In this document: piece after piece, positions 6,688 through 13,937 of the stretch | Layout of the letters: every line of letters begins with the position of its first letter | How positions within the stretch are numbered: the stretch's first letter is position 1 | Source of the DNA: a virus | Lineage: Duplodnaviria > Caudoviricetes | Direction: 5' to 3' (one strand) | Virus record (IMG/VR): IMGVR_UViG_3300046832_000575 | Coordinates: 1 to 37,086 of that record | DNA length: 37,086 bases | The notes under the pieces: model-generated | The model's database searches: none | Seen by the model: the letters and a program-made list of their open reading frames with translations, nothing else | What the model was told of the DNA's origin: nothing | Translations under genes and position numbers: made by a program

Positions 6688-8994
6688 ATGGAATTACTTG
6701 ACTATTTGGTCAAGCTGGCACCAGCCGGCGAGACAGCACTAATCGTCCGGCAACGTCCGGTCATGCGCGACGGCGCGCCCGTGCTGCACGCCGACGGCAG
6801 CCCGCGCTACACCTGGCCCGCCTTCCTGCCGTCGCACAAGCGCAAGGACGGCGAAAGTTGGTTCGTCAACACCGGCAGCTTCATCGCGTCCCGCTTTGAC
6901 GGTGGCAAACCATCGGCCAGCGCCGCTCACTGCGAGTACGTCCTGTTCATGATGCTGGACGACATTGGCACAAAGTCCAAGGTGCCCCCGCTGCCGCCCA
7001 CATGGATCATCGAGACGTCGGCTGGTTCGTTCCAGTGGGGCTACGCCTTCAGCGAACAGCCGTCCAAGGGCGACTTCACGGCAGCCATCACGGCCATCGC
7101 GGCCGCTGGCTACACCGATCCGGGCGCCACGAATGCCGTCCGCAACTGCCGTCTGCCCGGCTCGATCAACCAAAAACCGGGGCGCGACAGCTTCGCGGCG
7201 CGTCTGGTGGAGTTCACGCCCGGCCGCGAGTATACGCTAGAAGACATTTGCGCAGCCCTTCAGGTTACACCCGGACCGTGCGAGGGGCAAGGGATCACGT
7301 CCATCAAGATCCGCGACACCGGCAGCGACAGCGTCCTGCGCTGGCTGTCGGACCAAGGGCTGGTGCTGTCTCAGGTCAATCAAGAGGGCTGGTGCGGCGT
7401 CGTGTGCCCCAACAATGCCGCCCACACCGACGGCCAGATCGAGGGCCGCTATAGCCCCGTCAACCGGGCGTTCTGCTGTTACCACGGCCATTGCGAGCAT
7501 CTGGACAGTAACGCCTTCCTTGCATGGGTGGGCGAGCAGGGCGGCCCCAAGGTCCAGCCGGGCTTCCGCGAGGAGTTGGTCGCTGAGCGCATGGCGGCGG
7601 TGGCCGAGGCTTTGAAGCCCAACGACATGTTCCGCGACACCGCGTCGGAGGTCATCGCCGAGGTGGAGCGCAAGGAACTCGGCCGCCTCGACAAGGCAAG
7701 CTGGTACGAGCGCTTCGCCTACGTCGTGTCGGATGACACTTATTTCGACCTGGCGAGCCGCCGCGAGATGTCGCGCGCGGCCTTCAATGCCGTGTTCCGC
7801 CATGTGTCGTGCAAGTCGATCCATACCGAACGCCGCGTCGAAGCGTCCGTCTGTTACGACGAGAACCGCCAATCGGCCGGTGCCCGCGTGCTGGAGGGCA
7901 TCACCTACGCCGCAGGCGACAGCGTGCTGGTGTCGCTGGAAGGCGACGTCTACGGCAACCGCTGGGTGGACGCGCGGCCAGACCTGTCCGGCGTGCCGCC
8001 AGGCGGCGACATCGGCGTGTGGCTGGACCATGCCGAGTTGCTGATACCGGACGCGCAAGAGCGCGAGCATGTGTTCAACGTCATGGCCTACAAACTGCAG
8101 AACCCGCAGGTCAAGATCAACCACGCGATATTGCACGGCGGCGACCAAGGCTGCGGCAAGGACACGTTGTGGGCGCCGTTCCTGTGGGCGGTCTGCGGCC
8201 CCGGCATGCGCAACCGTGGCTTGGTGGATGGCAAGAACGTCAATTCGCGCTGGGGCTATGCCTTGGAAAGCGAAATCATGATCCTGAACGAGTTGAAGGA
8301 ACCGGAAGCAGCCGAGCGCCGCGCGTTGGCGAACAGCCTCAAGCCGATCATTGCAGCCCCGCCGGACACCTTGACAATCGAGCGCAAGGGCCTGCACCCG
8401 TATGACATGGTGAACCGCGTGTTCGTGCTGGCGTTTTCGAACCATTCGGTCCCGATCACGCTGGAGACGCAGGACCGACGGTGGTTCTGCATTTGGTCCG
8501 ACGCCCCGCGCATGACGGAGGACGAAGGCAAGGCGTTGTGGGCTTGGTACAAGCACGGCGGGATGGCCCGCGTCGGGCGTTGGTTGCAGGACCGTGACGT
8601 CTCGGCGTTCAACCCCAAGGCGACGCCCCTATGGACCGAGTACAAGGAACGGCTGATTGAGAACGGCCGCAGCATGGCGGAAAGCTACATTGTGGAGCAG
8701 ATCCAGCGCCCATCTATAGAGTTTGCGGCCGGTGTCGTGTCGTCGCCGTTGCACCGCATCTGTAGCGCCTTGCAATCCGGCAGCCCTAACGGGGCGAAGG
8801 TGGTGCCGGCCGCCATCCTGCATGCGCTCAAGGAGGCGGGATGGATCGACCTGGGGATGGTCAAGTCAGCCGAATACCAGACCAAGAAGGCTTTGTGGGC
8901 GCGCGAGGACATGGTGCGCACACATACAAAAAGCGAACTCCGGCGCATGGTTGAACAGGCACCGGAGCAGGGTTTGAAGCTGGTCAAAAGCTAG
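6688..8994 (+). CDS. Primase-helicase (RepB-like primase N-terminus, SF3/DUF5906-type ATPase C-terminus)
   Basis: LDDIG, PTWIIETSAGSFQWGY, RLPGS (primase); Cys/His cluster C..H...CYHGHC; Walker A GDQGCGKD, Walker B ILNE, motif C FSN. ATG at 6688 preferred. Confidence 0.88.
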   Translation: MELLDYLVKLAPAGETALIVRQRPVMRDGAPVLHADGSPRYTWPAFLPSHKRKDGESWFVNTGSFIASRFDGGKPSASAAHCEYVLFMMLDDIGTKSKVPPLPPTWIIETSAGSFQWGYAFSEQPSKGDFTAAITAIAAAGYTDPGATNAVRNCRLPGSINQKPGRDSFAARLVEFTPGREYTLEDICAALQVTPGPCEGQGITSIKIRDTGSDSVLRWLSDQGLVLSQVNQEGWCGVVCPNNAAHTDGQIEGRYSPVNRAFCCYHGHCEHLDSNAFLAWVGEQGGPKVQPGFREELVAERMAAVAEALKPNDMFRDTASEVIAEVERKELGRLDKASWYERFAYVVSDDTYFDLASRREMSRAAFNAVFRHVSCKSIHTERRVEASVCYDENRQSAGARVLEGITYAAGDSVLVSLEGDVYGNRWVDARPDLSGVPPGGDIGVWLDHAELLIPDAQEREHVFNVMAYKLQNPQVKINHAILHGGDQGCGKDTLWAPFLWAVCGPGMRNRGLVDGKNVNSRWGYALESEIMILNELKEPEAAERRALANSLKPIIAAPPDTLTIERKGLHPYDMVNRVFVLAFSNHSVPITLETQDRRWFCIWSDAPRMTEDEGKALWAWYKHGGMARVGRWLQDRDVSAFNPKATPLWTEYKERLIENGRSMAESYIVEQIQRPSIEFAAGVVSSPLHRICSALQSGSPNGAKVVPAAILHALKEAGWIDLGMVKSAEYQTKKALWAREDMVRTHTKSELRRMVEQAPEQGLKLVKS

Positions 8995-9050
8995 AGATCA
9001 AGCCATGCCAGCAGCACGGCGGCGATGAGGATACCGATCACCGCCGCCAT
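8991..9050 (-). CDS. 19-aa hydrophobic micropeptide
   Basis: MAAVIGILIAAVLLAWLDL; last gene of the overlapping minus-strand chain; its stop overlaps the primase stop. Confidence 0.35.
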   Translation of the reverse strand: MAAVIGILIAAVLLAWLDL

Positions 9051-9145
9051 ATTTCACGCGCGAACATGATGAGCAGCGTCCAGCCGCCCACTGCGCCACC
9101 GAAGAAGAATGCATATTGCAGCCATTGCATGAGGTTGTCAGGCAT
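9038..9145 (-). CDS. 35-aa membrane peptide
   Basis: MPDNLMQWLQYAFFFGGAVGGWTLLIMFAREIWRR; start overlaps the upstream stop. Confidence 0.5.
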   Translation of the reverse strand: MPDNLMQWLQYAFFFGGAVGGWTLLIMFAREIWRR

Positions 9146-9335
9146 TGCCGTTGACCATCGCATAGAGGGCCTGGTCACGGGCCTCGATCTCGATTTGCAG
9201 GGCGTCGATCAGGGCGTCGATTTCTTCGCTGTGGCGCAGTTTCATGTCGCGCAACTGTTCCGAAAGGCTTGTACCCATGACGCGGTTATGGGCGCGTTCG
9301 GTTTCGACGTCCGAAATCATCTTTTGCAGGCTCAT
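9138..9335 (-). CDS. Hypothetical coiled-coil protein (65 aa)
   Basis: MSLQKMISDVETERAH...; GAGG RBS and ATGA overlap with the upstream gene. Confidence 0.65.
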   Translation of the reverse strand: MSLQKMISDVETERAHNRVMGTSLSEQLRDMKLRHSEEIDALIDALQIEIEARDQALYAMVNGNA

Positions 9336-9475
9336 AGTTCTATCGTCCTCTCTCTGTTGGTTAAACGTGTTGTTACTCTGGGAACGGGTGGTGGGGCTGG
9401 CCGCCGTAGCAGCGTGAAGTAGATGCAGGCCGTGCCCATGAGGGCGCCGGCGGCGAAGCCTATGAAGAAGAGCAT
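9332..9475 (-). CDS. 47-aa membrane protein
   Basis: GAGGAGG RBS, MLFFIGFAAGALMGTACIYFTLLRRPAPPP... Confidence 0.55.
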   Translation of the reverse strand: MLFFIGFAAGALMGTACIYFTLLRRPAPPPVPRVTTRLTNRERTIEL

Positions 9476-9801
9476 GGGGCCTCCTCTGCGAGTGCTGCGC
9501 GGGCTTCCGCCCAGTCATCATTCATACCTGCGTCAAAGAAGCGGTCCGCAGCGCGATCTAGCGCCGCCTGCAGCCGCTCAATCTCGGCGGCTTGCCGTTT
9601 AAACGCATCGCCAAAGCTGCCGTTGTCTTCCCGCTGGATGGCTAGGGCGTCCCAGACATCATCCAGTTCGCGGTTTAGCCGTTCGATCTCGGCGGCGGCT
9701 TCGTTACGGTCACGTTGACGGCGCTCATGCGTGTCGGCGTAGCTTTCCCCAATGCGGCGCGTTGTGTCGGCATCCCGCAGTCTTGCTACAAGGTCACTCA
9801 T
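9460..9801 (-). CDS. Hypothetical protein with two AAEIERL coiled-coil repeats
   Basis: GGAGG RBS, MSDLVARLRD...; typical phage early protein. Confidence 0.7.
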   Translation of the reverse strand: MSDLVARLRDADTTRRIGESYADTHERRQRDRNEAAAEIERLNRELDDVWDALAIQREDNGSFGDAFKRQAAEIERLQAALDRAADRFFDAGMNDDWAEARAALAEEAPCSSS

Positions 9802-10168
9802 TGTTAGCCTCCGCCAGGATGGCCTCGACGCGGGCACGTTCGGCCTTGTATTGACCTGCGGCGACAAGTTTGCAGAACGTCGTGTAGCTGTGGTGGGCGG
9901 TCGTGTGGTCCGCCCGGTTCAGGTGCGCCGCGATCTGGCTTAGCCCCAGGTCCTGCCTGCGTCGGCGTAGTTCCCAGGCCGCATGGTGGCGCGCGTGGCA
10001 GTACCGGCGCGGGCGGCGTACACTGTGCAACTCGTCAACTGTCAGTTCATGGGCCTCCGCCACGGCGGCCACGATCCGTTTTGCGGGATAGCGGCGGCGC
10101 TGTTCCGCCATATGCGCCTGGTGCGCCTGCCAGAGCCGGGCAACGTCCTCTTTAAATTTGCTTTCCAT
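9794..10168 (-). CDS. DnaA C-terminal (domain IV)-like helix-turn-helix protein
   Basis: IVAAVAEAHELTVDELHSVRR...ARH.A.W..R...LGLSQIAAHLNRADHTTAHHS matches the Bac_DnaA_C pattern (S...IG..F..RDHTTV.H). Confidence 0.75.
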   Translation of the reverse strand: MESKFKEDVARLWQAHQAHMAEQRRRYPAKRIVAAVAEAHELTVDELHSVRRPRRYCHARHHAAWELRRRRQDLGLSQIAAHLNRADHTTAHHSYTTFCKLVAAGQYKAERARVEAILAEANNE

Positions 10169-10403
10169 CTGTCACGCTTTCTGTTACAGTTGCACTCGTT
10201 TCCTTCCCCACATGCAGACTAGGCGGCCCCTTGGGGCCGTCCTTTTCTTTTGGGAGCAGGTTCCGGCGCCGGGCTTCCTGTGCGGCCGCCTCTAGCGCCG
10301 CCGCGTGATTGTCCAAGCGTACCTTGACGGCCGCCAGGAAGCGCAACAGGTCCACGTCGTCAAGGCCGGCCACGTTTGCTTGCCAGTGCGCGAGGCTGCT
10401 CAT
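10152..10403 (-). CDS. Hypothetical protein (83 aa)
   Basis: ORF with GAGG RBS, coupled to its neighbours. Confidence 0.55.
   Translation of the reverse strand: MSSLAHWQANVAGLDDVDLLRFLAAVKVRLDNHAAALEAAAQEARRRNLLPKEKDGPKGPPSLHVGKETSATVTESVTDGKQI
10222..10251 (+). terminator. Putative + strand intrinsic terminator inside the minus-strand early region
   Basis: ggcggccc-cttg-gggccgtc followed by cttttctttt. Confidence 0.45.
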
Positions 10404-10576
10404 GGCTTATCCTCAGCAAGCGCCGCGATTACGCGCGCCAATCGCAAAGCCTCGTCCAGACCTAACGTGCGCGCGTTAACGCTGGCGATTAATTTTGCGC
10501 GCGAATTTCGGACGTTTACGTGCCTTCCGTACTGTCCGTTTTCTTCCTCGTCTACATACCAAGGCGGATGTTTCAT
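10400..10576 (-). CDS. Hypothetical protein (58 aa)
   Basis: MKHPPWYVDEEENGQYGRHVNVRNSRAKLIASV...; fills the gap with TGATG and ATGA overlaps; not in the track. Confidence 0.6.
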   Translation of the reverse strand: MKHPPWYVDEEENGQYGRHVNVRNSRAKLIASVNARTLGLDEALRLARVIAALAEDKP

Positions 10577-10824
10577 CAGCGCACCACGTCAATCTGACGC
10601 TGTAGCGCGCGGCATTCTTCCTGCCACATGACGGCGCGTTGTTCTGTTTCCTCTAGTTCCTCCCGCAGGCGTGCCGCTTGTGTGGCCTCCGCCGCTTCGG
10701 TGTCCAACTGGATGGCCAGCGCTTCCACAAGCGCAATCGAGAGAATGCCGACCTTGGCGCAATCGAGCGCGTGCCGGACCAGTTCCGTCGGGGGCATGTT
10801 CATCATGTCTGTGTAATCACGCAT
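10576..10824 (-). CDS. Hypothetical coiled-coil protein (82 aa)
   Basis: GGAGAGG RBS, MRDYTDMMNMPPTELVRH... Confidence 0.65.
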   Translation of the reverse strand: MRDYTDMMNMPPTELVRHALDCAKVGILSIALVEALAIQLDTEAAEATQAARLREELEETEQRAVMWQEECRALQRQIDVVR

Positions 10825-11107
10825 AGCGGCGCACCTCTCCGTTATCAATTACGGCCTCCATGACTTGTTCGTGCAGCCATTCACGGTCGACCGCGTCGTA
10901 AAGGATATGGAACAAGGGCATGTGCCGCGCGACTTTGGTGTATATGCGCTTGCCGGGTTCCGTGCCGCAGGCGTCAAAATGGAACTCTGAGATATCCCAA
11001 TCGGGCAAATCATCGACGATCTCGTAGTCTATGCGCGCTTCGCAATCGGTCTCAAAGAGACAGACGTCGTCTTTGCAGACGGTTATGGTCACGGGTACGT
11101 AGAACAT
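10817..11107 (-). CDS. Hypothetical acidic protein (96 aa)
   Basis: AGGAGG RBS, MFYVPVTITVCKDDVCLFE... Confidence 0.7.
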   Translation of the reverse strand: MFYVPVTITVCKDDVCLFETDCEARIDYEIVDDLPDWDISEFHFDACGTEPGKRIYTKVARHMPLFHILYDAVDREWLHEQVMEAVIDNGEVRRYA

Positions 11108-11115
11108 GGTTCCTC

Positions 11116-11208
11116 CTATGGTGTGATGATAAAGAAAACGAAAACGAAAGCGTAGGATGCGAGCAACAGCGCCGCGACCTTGGCAAGTTGTAGGGTAAGA
11201 TTGAGCAT
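11116..11208 (-). CDS. 30-aa membrane peptide
   Basis: GAGGA RBS, MLNLTLQLAKVAALLLASYAFVFVFFIITP. Confidence 0.5.
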   Translation of the reverse strand: MLNLTLQLAKVAALLLASYAFVFVFFIITP

Positions 11209-11210
11209 GG

Positions 11211-11402
11211 TCATTCCTCACCGTGAAAGGCTTTGCGGCAAACGCTGCTAAAGCCATATTCTGACATAAGCGCCAGTTTCATATCATCCGGCAACGTATG
11301 CCGCGGCACCCACCGCGTTATCTTTGTGGCGCGCTGCGTCACCATTGCATCGCGTCCGCCGTGGTAACGCAATGACCAACATTCGCTGTCAATGCTCAAC
11401 AT
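11211..11402 (-). CDS. Hypothetical protein (63 aa)
   Basis: ORF tightly packed in the early operon. Confidence 0.55.
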   Translation of the reverse strand: MLSIDSECWSLRYHGGRDAMVTQRATKITRWVPRHTLPDDMKLALMSEYGFSSVCRKAFHGEE

Positions 11403-11403
11403 G

Positions 11404-11673
11404 TTAGCGCCCCATCACGAAAACGCAGCCATTCTCAGTGTGGCCTTGATGCAGTAGGCCAATCGTCCACCCCATCTTGTCGCACAAGGCGACGGCGGCC
11501 GCAGCGTGCGCCTGCGACTGGCTCAGTTCGTGAGGATAGCTGATCGTGACTGACAGCTTGCCGCCAGACTTGGCCCATGCCTTGATGCGGCCGGGCCTGT
11601 AGTTGGTCGGTCCAAGGTACTTTGTGAAGATTGCGCGGCGTCTGGTATCGTTAATCTCTGACATGGTCGGCAT
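11404..11673 (-). CDS. Hypothetical early protein (89 aa)
   Basis: AIFTKYLGPTNYRPGRIKAW motif, which I recall from other phage early proteins; AGGGGA RBS. Confidence 0.7.
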   Translation of the reverse strand: MPTMSEINDTRRRAIFTKYLGPTNYRPGRIKAWAKSGGKLSVTISYPHELSQSQAHAAAAVALCDKMGWTIGLLHQGHTENGCVFVMGR

Positions 11674-11706
11674 TGGATTGTTTCCCCTAGTTGCTTGTGT
11701 TTGTGG

Positions 11707-11735
11707 ATATTATAGACGGTGGTAAGTGTTGTCAA
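11707..11735 (-). promoter_or_regulatory. Strong sigma70-type early promoter
   Basis: TTGACA(11735-11730)-17-TAATAT(11712-11707). Confidence 0.7.
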
Positions 11736-11929
11736 ACAATTTCTTGTACTTCCACGTTGAACATCCAACCGCTGACAAGGATGAACTCTTGCGCATCCAT
11801 GTCCCATGCCTTGAAGTAGTCGTCGAAGTCAGTGTTAGGCTGTACGAGAAGGTACAGCTCCAGACCCTCGCCAGCGAATGCGTGAACCTCTTGAGTGTAT
11901 CCGTCGAGCACTGCTACGTTGTCTGTCAT
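11732..11929 (-). CDS. Hypothetical acidic protein (65 aa)
   Basis: GGAGG RBS, MTDNVAVLDGYTQEVHAF... Confidence 0.65.
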   Translation of the reverse strand: MTDNVAVLDGYTQEVHAFAGEGLELYLLVQPNTDFDDYFKAWDMDAQEFILVSGWMFNVEVQEIV

Positions 11930-11931
11930 GA

Positions 11932-12078
11932 TCACACCTCCGTTGTGTGCAGCGCACGAATAACGGCGGCGGTGCTGACATTGGCAAAAAATGCGCCGTT
12001 GTAAGTCACGCGCCACGTCGCGCCGTGCGAACCGAAACCGTTAAACTGAAAGCTGAAACCGTTTTTCTGAATTGTCAT
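11932..12078 (-). CDS. Hypothetical protein (48 aa)
   Basis: GAGG RBS, MTIQKNGFSFQFNGFGSHGATWRVTYNG...; a TTGACA lies upstream at 12136-12131. Confidence 0.55.
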   Translation of the reverse strand: MTIQKNGFSFQFNGFGSHGATWRVTYNGAFFANVSTAAVIRALHTTEV

Positions 12079-12158
12079 GTCCACATTTCCTCTTGTTGTG
12101 TGGACAAGTTATCTCACAACCTGATTTGCTTGTCAACATTCTTTTGCAAAGAATTATG

Positions 12159-12187
12159 TTGCAGCGTGTTGGCGCTTGTGTTATGTT
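12159..12187 (+). promoter_or_regulatory. Putative promoter
   Basis: TTGCAG-17-TATGTT with TGn extension, upstream of the AGAGGAG RBS. Confidence 0.5.
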
Positions 12188-12211
12188 TTCCCCATAACAG
12201 AGGAGAACGTG

Positions 12212-12451
12212 ATGAAAAAGTTTACCGTGGCTTTCGATCCTGAATATGGAACCTGGCTTGTGCTTTCTACCGAAACGCGCGCTCGCTCGTTCGCTATGGT
12301 TCCCGTTGGCGTGGCGTGGGAGTTTACCAACCGTGGCGATGCGCAGGCACAAGCGCGCGCGCTGAGCGGCACTGAGACCCCCGTTCGCATGATTGAAACG
12401 CCGGAGCGTTTTGAAGCTGTTGCCGACACCGCATATGGTGTTGCGTGGTGA
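12212..12451 (+). CDS. Hypothetical protein (79 aa)
   Basis: AGAGGAG RBS, MKKFTVAFDPEYGTWLV...; has its own promoter and a downstream terminator. Confidence 0.7.
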   Translation: MKKFTVAFDPEYGTWLVLSTETRARSFAMVPVGVAWEFTNRGDAQAQARALSGTETPVRMIETPERFEAVADTAYGVAW

Positions 12452-12498
12452 GGTATTGACGCCGCTTTGTAGACGTGCTACGGCTTAAGCCGTAGTTC

Positions 12499-12532
12499 AA
12501 AACGCCCGGTTCACGCCGGGCGTTTTCGTTTT
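12499..12532 (+). terminator. Intrinsic, probably bidirectional, terminator
   Basis: aaaacgcccgg-ttcacg-ccgggcgtttt followed by cgtttt. Confidence 0.75.
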
Positions 12533-12755
12533 GGGGTGGCCGTGGGGTAGTCGTGGGGTAGCGTTTGGGGTAGTCGCGTCGCGGCCAAAACGCAATAACG
12601 ACGGCCATATGGGTTATTGGGGTAGTTTAGTCTATATAAGTATAGAAGAATAATAGTATGTGGATAAGTATGTAGACGTGTGGTGTGTAGCGACCTCTTG
12701 CAAACTGCAAAAAATACTGCCCACGATACCCCACGCCGCCACCCCTTGCCCCCGC
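12531..12755. repeat. Candidate replication origin: TGGGGTAG repeats, AT-rich core, inverted C-rich copies
   Basis: GGGG runs at 12533, 12544, 12555, 12567 and 12619; AT-rich stretch at about 12625-12672; then tgcccac/tacccca/cacccc/tgccccc on the far side. Confidence 0.6.
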
Positions 12756-12801
12756 GACGAATATGTGCTTAAATGTGCAAATTCGGACATAGGAGCAAAT
12801 C

Positions 12802-13101
12802 ATGCCTCAGCTTGAAACTATCTACCCGCCATGCACGTACCGCACGCCGGCGGATCTGAAGGATTGGATGATCCGCGCCAATGCTTACGGCTACGCCACT
12901 CGAACCCAGGGCAAGGCCATAATGCAAAAACTACTGCCCATGCTGCCAGTCACCGCAAGCCTAACCGTGCGCACCAGCAAGGGCATGATCTACATGGAAG
13001 CGAATGCCACGCTGTTCCGCGTTGATCGGCTGGGCAAGATCATTAACAAGCCGTGGAACCCAAACCCCCGGCAAGCGCCACGCAATCCATGGGCTGATTA
13101 A
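12802..13101 (+). CDS. Hypothetical protein (99 aa)
   Basis: AGGAG RBS and a clean ORF. Confidence 0.7.
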   Translation: MPQLETIYPPCTYRTPADLKDWMIRANAYGYATRTQGKAIMQKLLPMLPVTASLTVRTSKGMIYMEANATLFRVDRLGKIINKPWNPNPRQAPRNPWAD

Positions 13102-13296
13102 CAAAAAGGACCACGACCACATGACGCGCAACCACTAGCTGCATGCTACAATTCCCGGTAGCATAGAACTATATTCCTACATGATGGATGTTGCGGCGCA
13201 CAAATTTAGCCGGCGGCCTCGAGGCAGGGGGGGACAGGGCCCTGCGGTTCGCTGCTAGTGCTGTGGCCAGGGGTCAAGAACAAAATTTTTTATTTT

Positions 13297-13325
13297 TTGA
13301 CCCTCCATCTGCAACATGATAGTTT
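13297..13325 (+). promoter_or_regulatory. Promoter for the packaging operon
   Basis: TTGACC-17-TAGTTT with TGn extension; the -35 is part of the inverted repeat gggtcaa...ttgaccc. Confidence 0.6.
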
Positions 13326-13352
13326 ACCTTCGCTAGCTAAATGGAGACGCAC

Positions 13353-13514
13353 ATGCCTGTTGAAGATATGAACGCTGGTATGCCGAAGTGGATGAAATCG
13401 ACCGACGGCCTGACAAAAAAGATTAACAATGCTGGCAGCGACAAAGAGCTGCAAAAGATTGTTAACCTGATGGACAAGTACGGCCTGTTCGTCCCGCACA
13501 CTTTGCGTAAGTAA
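13353..13514 (+). CDS. Hypothetical protein (53 aa)
   Basis: GGAG RBS, MPVEDMNAGMPKWMKSTDGLTKKINNAGSDKELQKIVNLMDKYGLFVPHTLRK; not in the track. Confidence 0.6.
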   Translation: MPVEDMNAGMPKWMKSTDGLTKKINNAGSDKELQKIVNLMDKYGLFVPHTLRK

Positions 13515-13517
13515 ATA

Positions 13518-13937
13518 GTGTTCCAATCGCTCCCCTATGAGCCACGCAAGCTGGAAGCCACTGAGGCGCGTCTGGAGGCGATCTATCACGCCGCCAAGAT
13601 GGGGCTGAAGGGCGACGCGCTGGCCTTGGCCGCAGGCATGCTGCCGGTTGAATACCGTCAACTGACGCAGTTCGACCCCATCGCAAGCTATGCCGAAATG
13701 AAGGGTCGCGCCGACGGCGAGCAGGAGATGGCGACCACCATCTACACGGCGGCGCGTGAGGGCGACGCCAACGCGGCCATGAACATGCTGAGATACTCAC
13801 ACGGTTGGGTTGCGAAACAGGCCGTCGAGGTGACGATAGACCAGAAGATCTCCATCACGGCAGCACTTGAAGAGGCGCAGCGCAGGGTCATCGACCTGGT
13901 CGCAACAGAAGTCGAACATGCAGACGCCACAATATAA
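13518..13937 (+). CDS. terS: Putative terminase small subunit
   Basis: Helical 139-aa ORF overlapping the terL start; GD..AA...L....GW motif. Confidence 0.7.
   Translation: MFQSLPYEPRKLEATEARLEAIYHAAKMGLKGDALALAAGMLPVEYRQLTQFDPIASYAEMKGRADGEQEMATTIYTAAREGDANAAMNMLRYSHGWVAKQAVEVTIDQKISITAALEEAQRRVIDLVATEVEHADATI

Noticed and set aside
12531-12625. GGGGTAG repeats as a mini-CRISPR
   Set aside because: Repeats are about 8 bp with 3-4 bp gaps, far too short.
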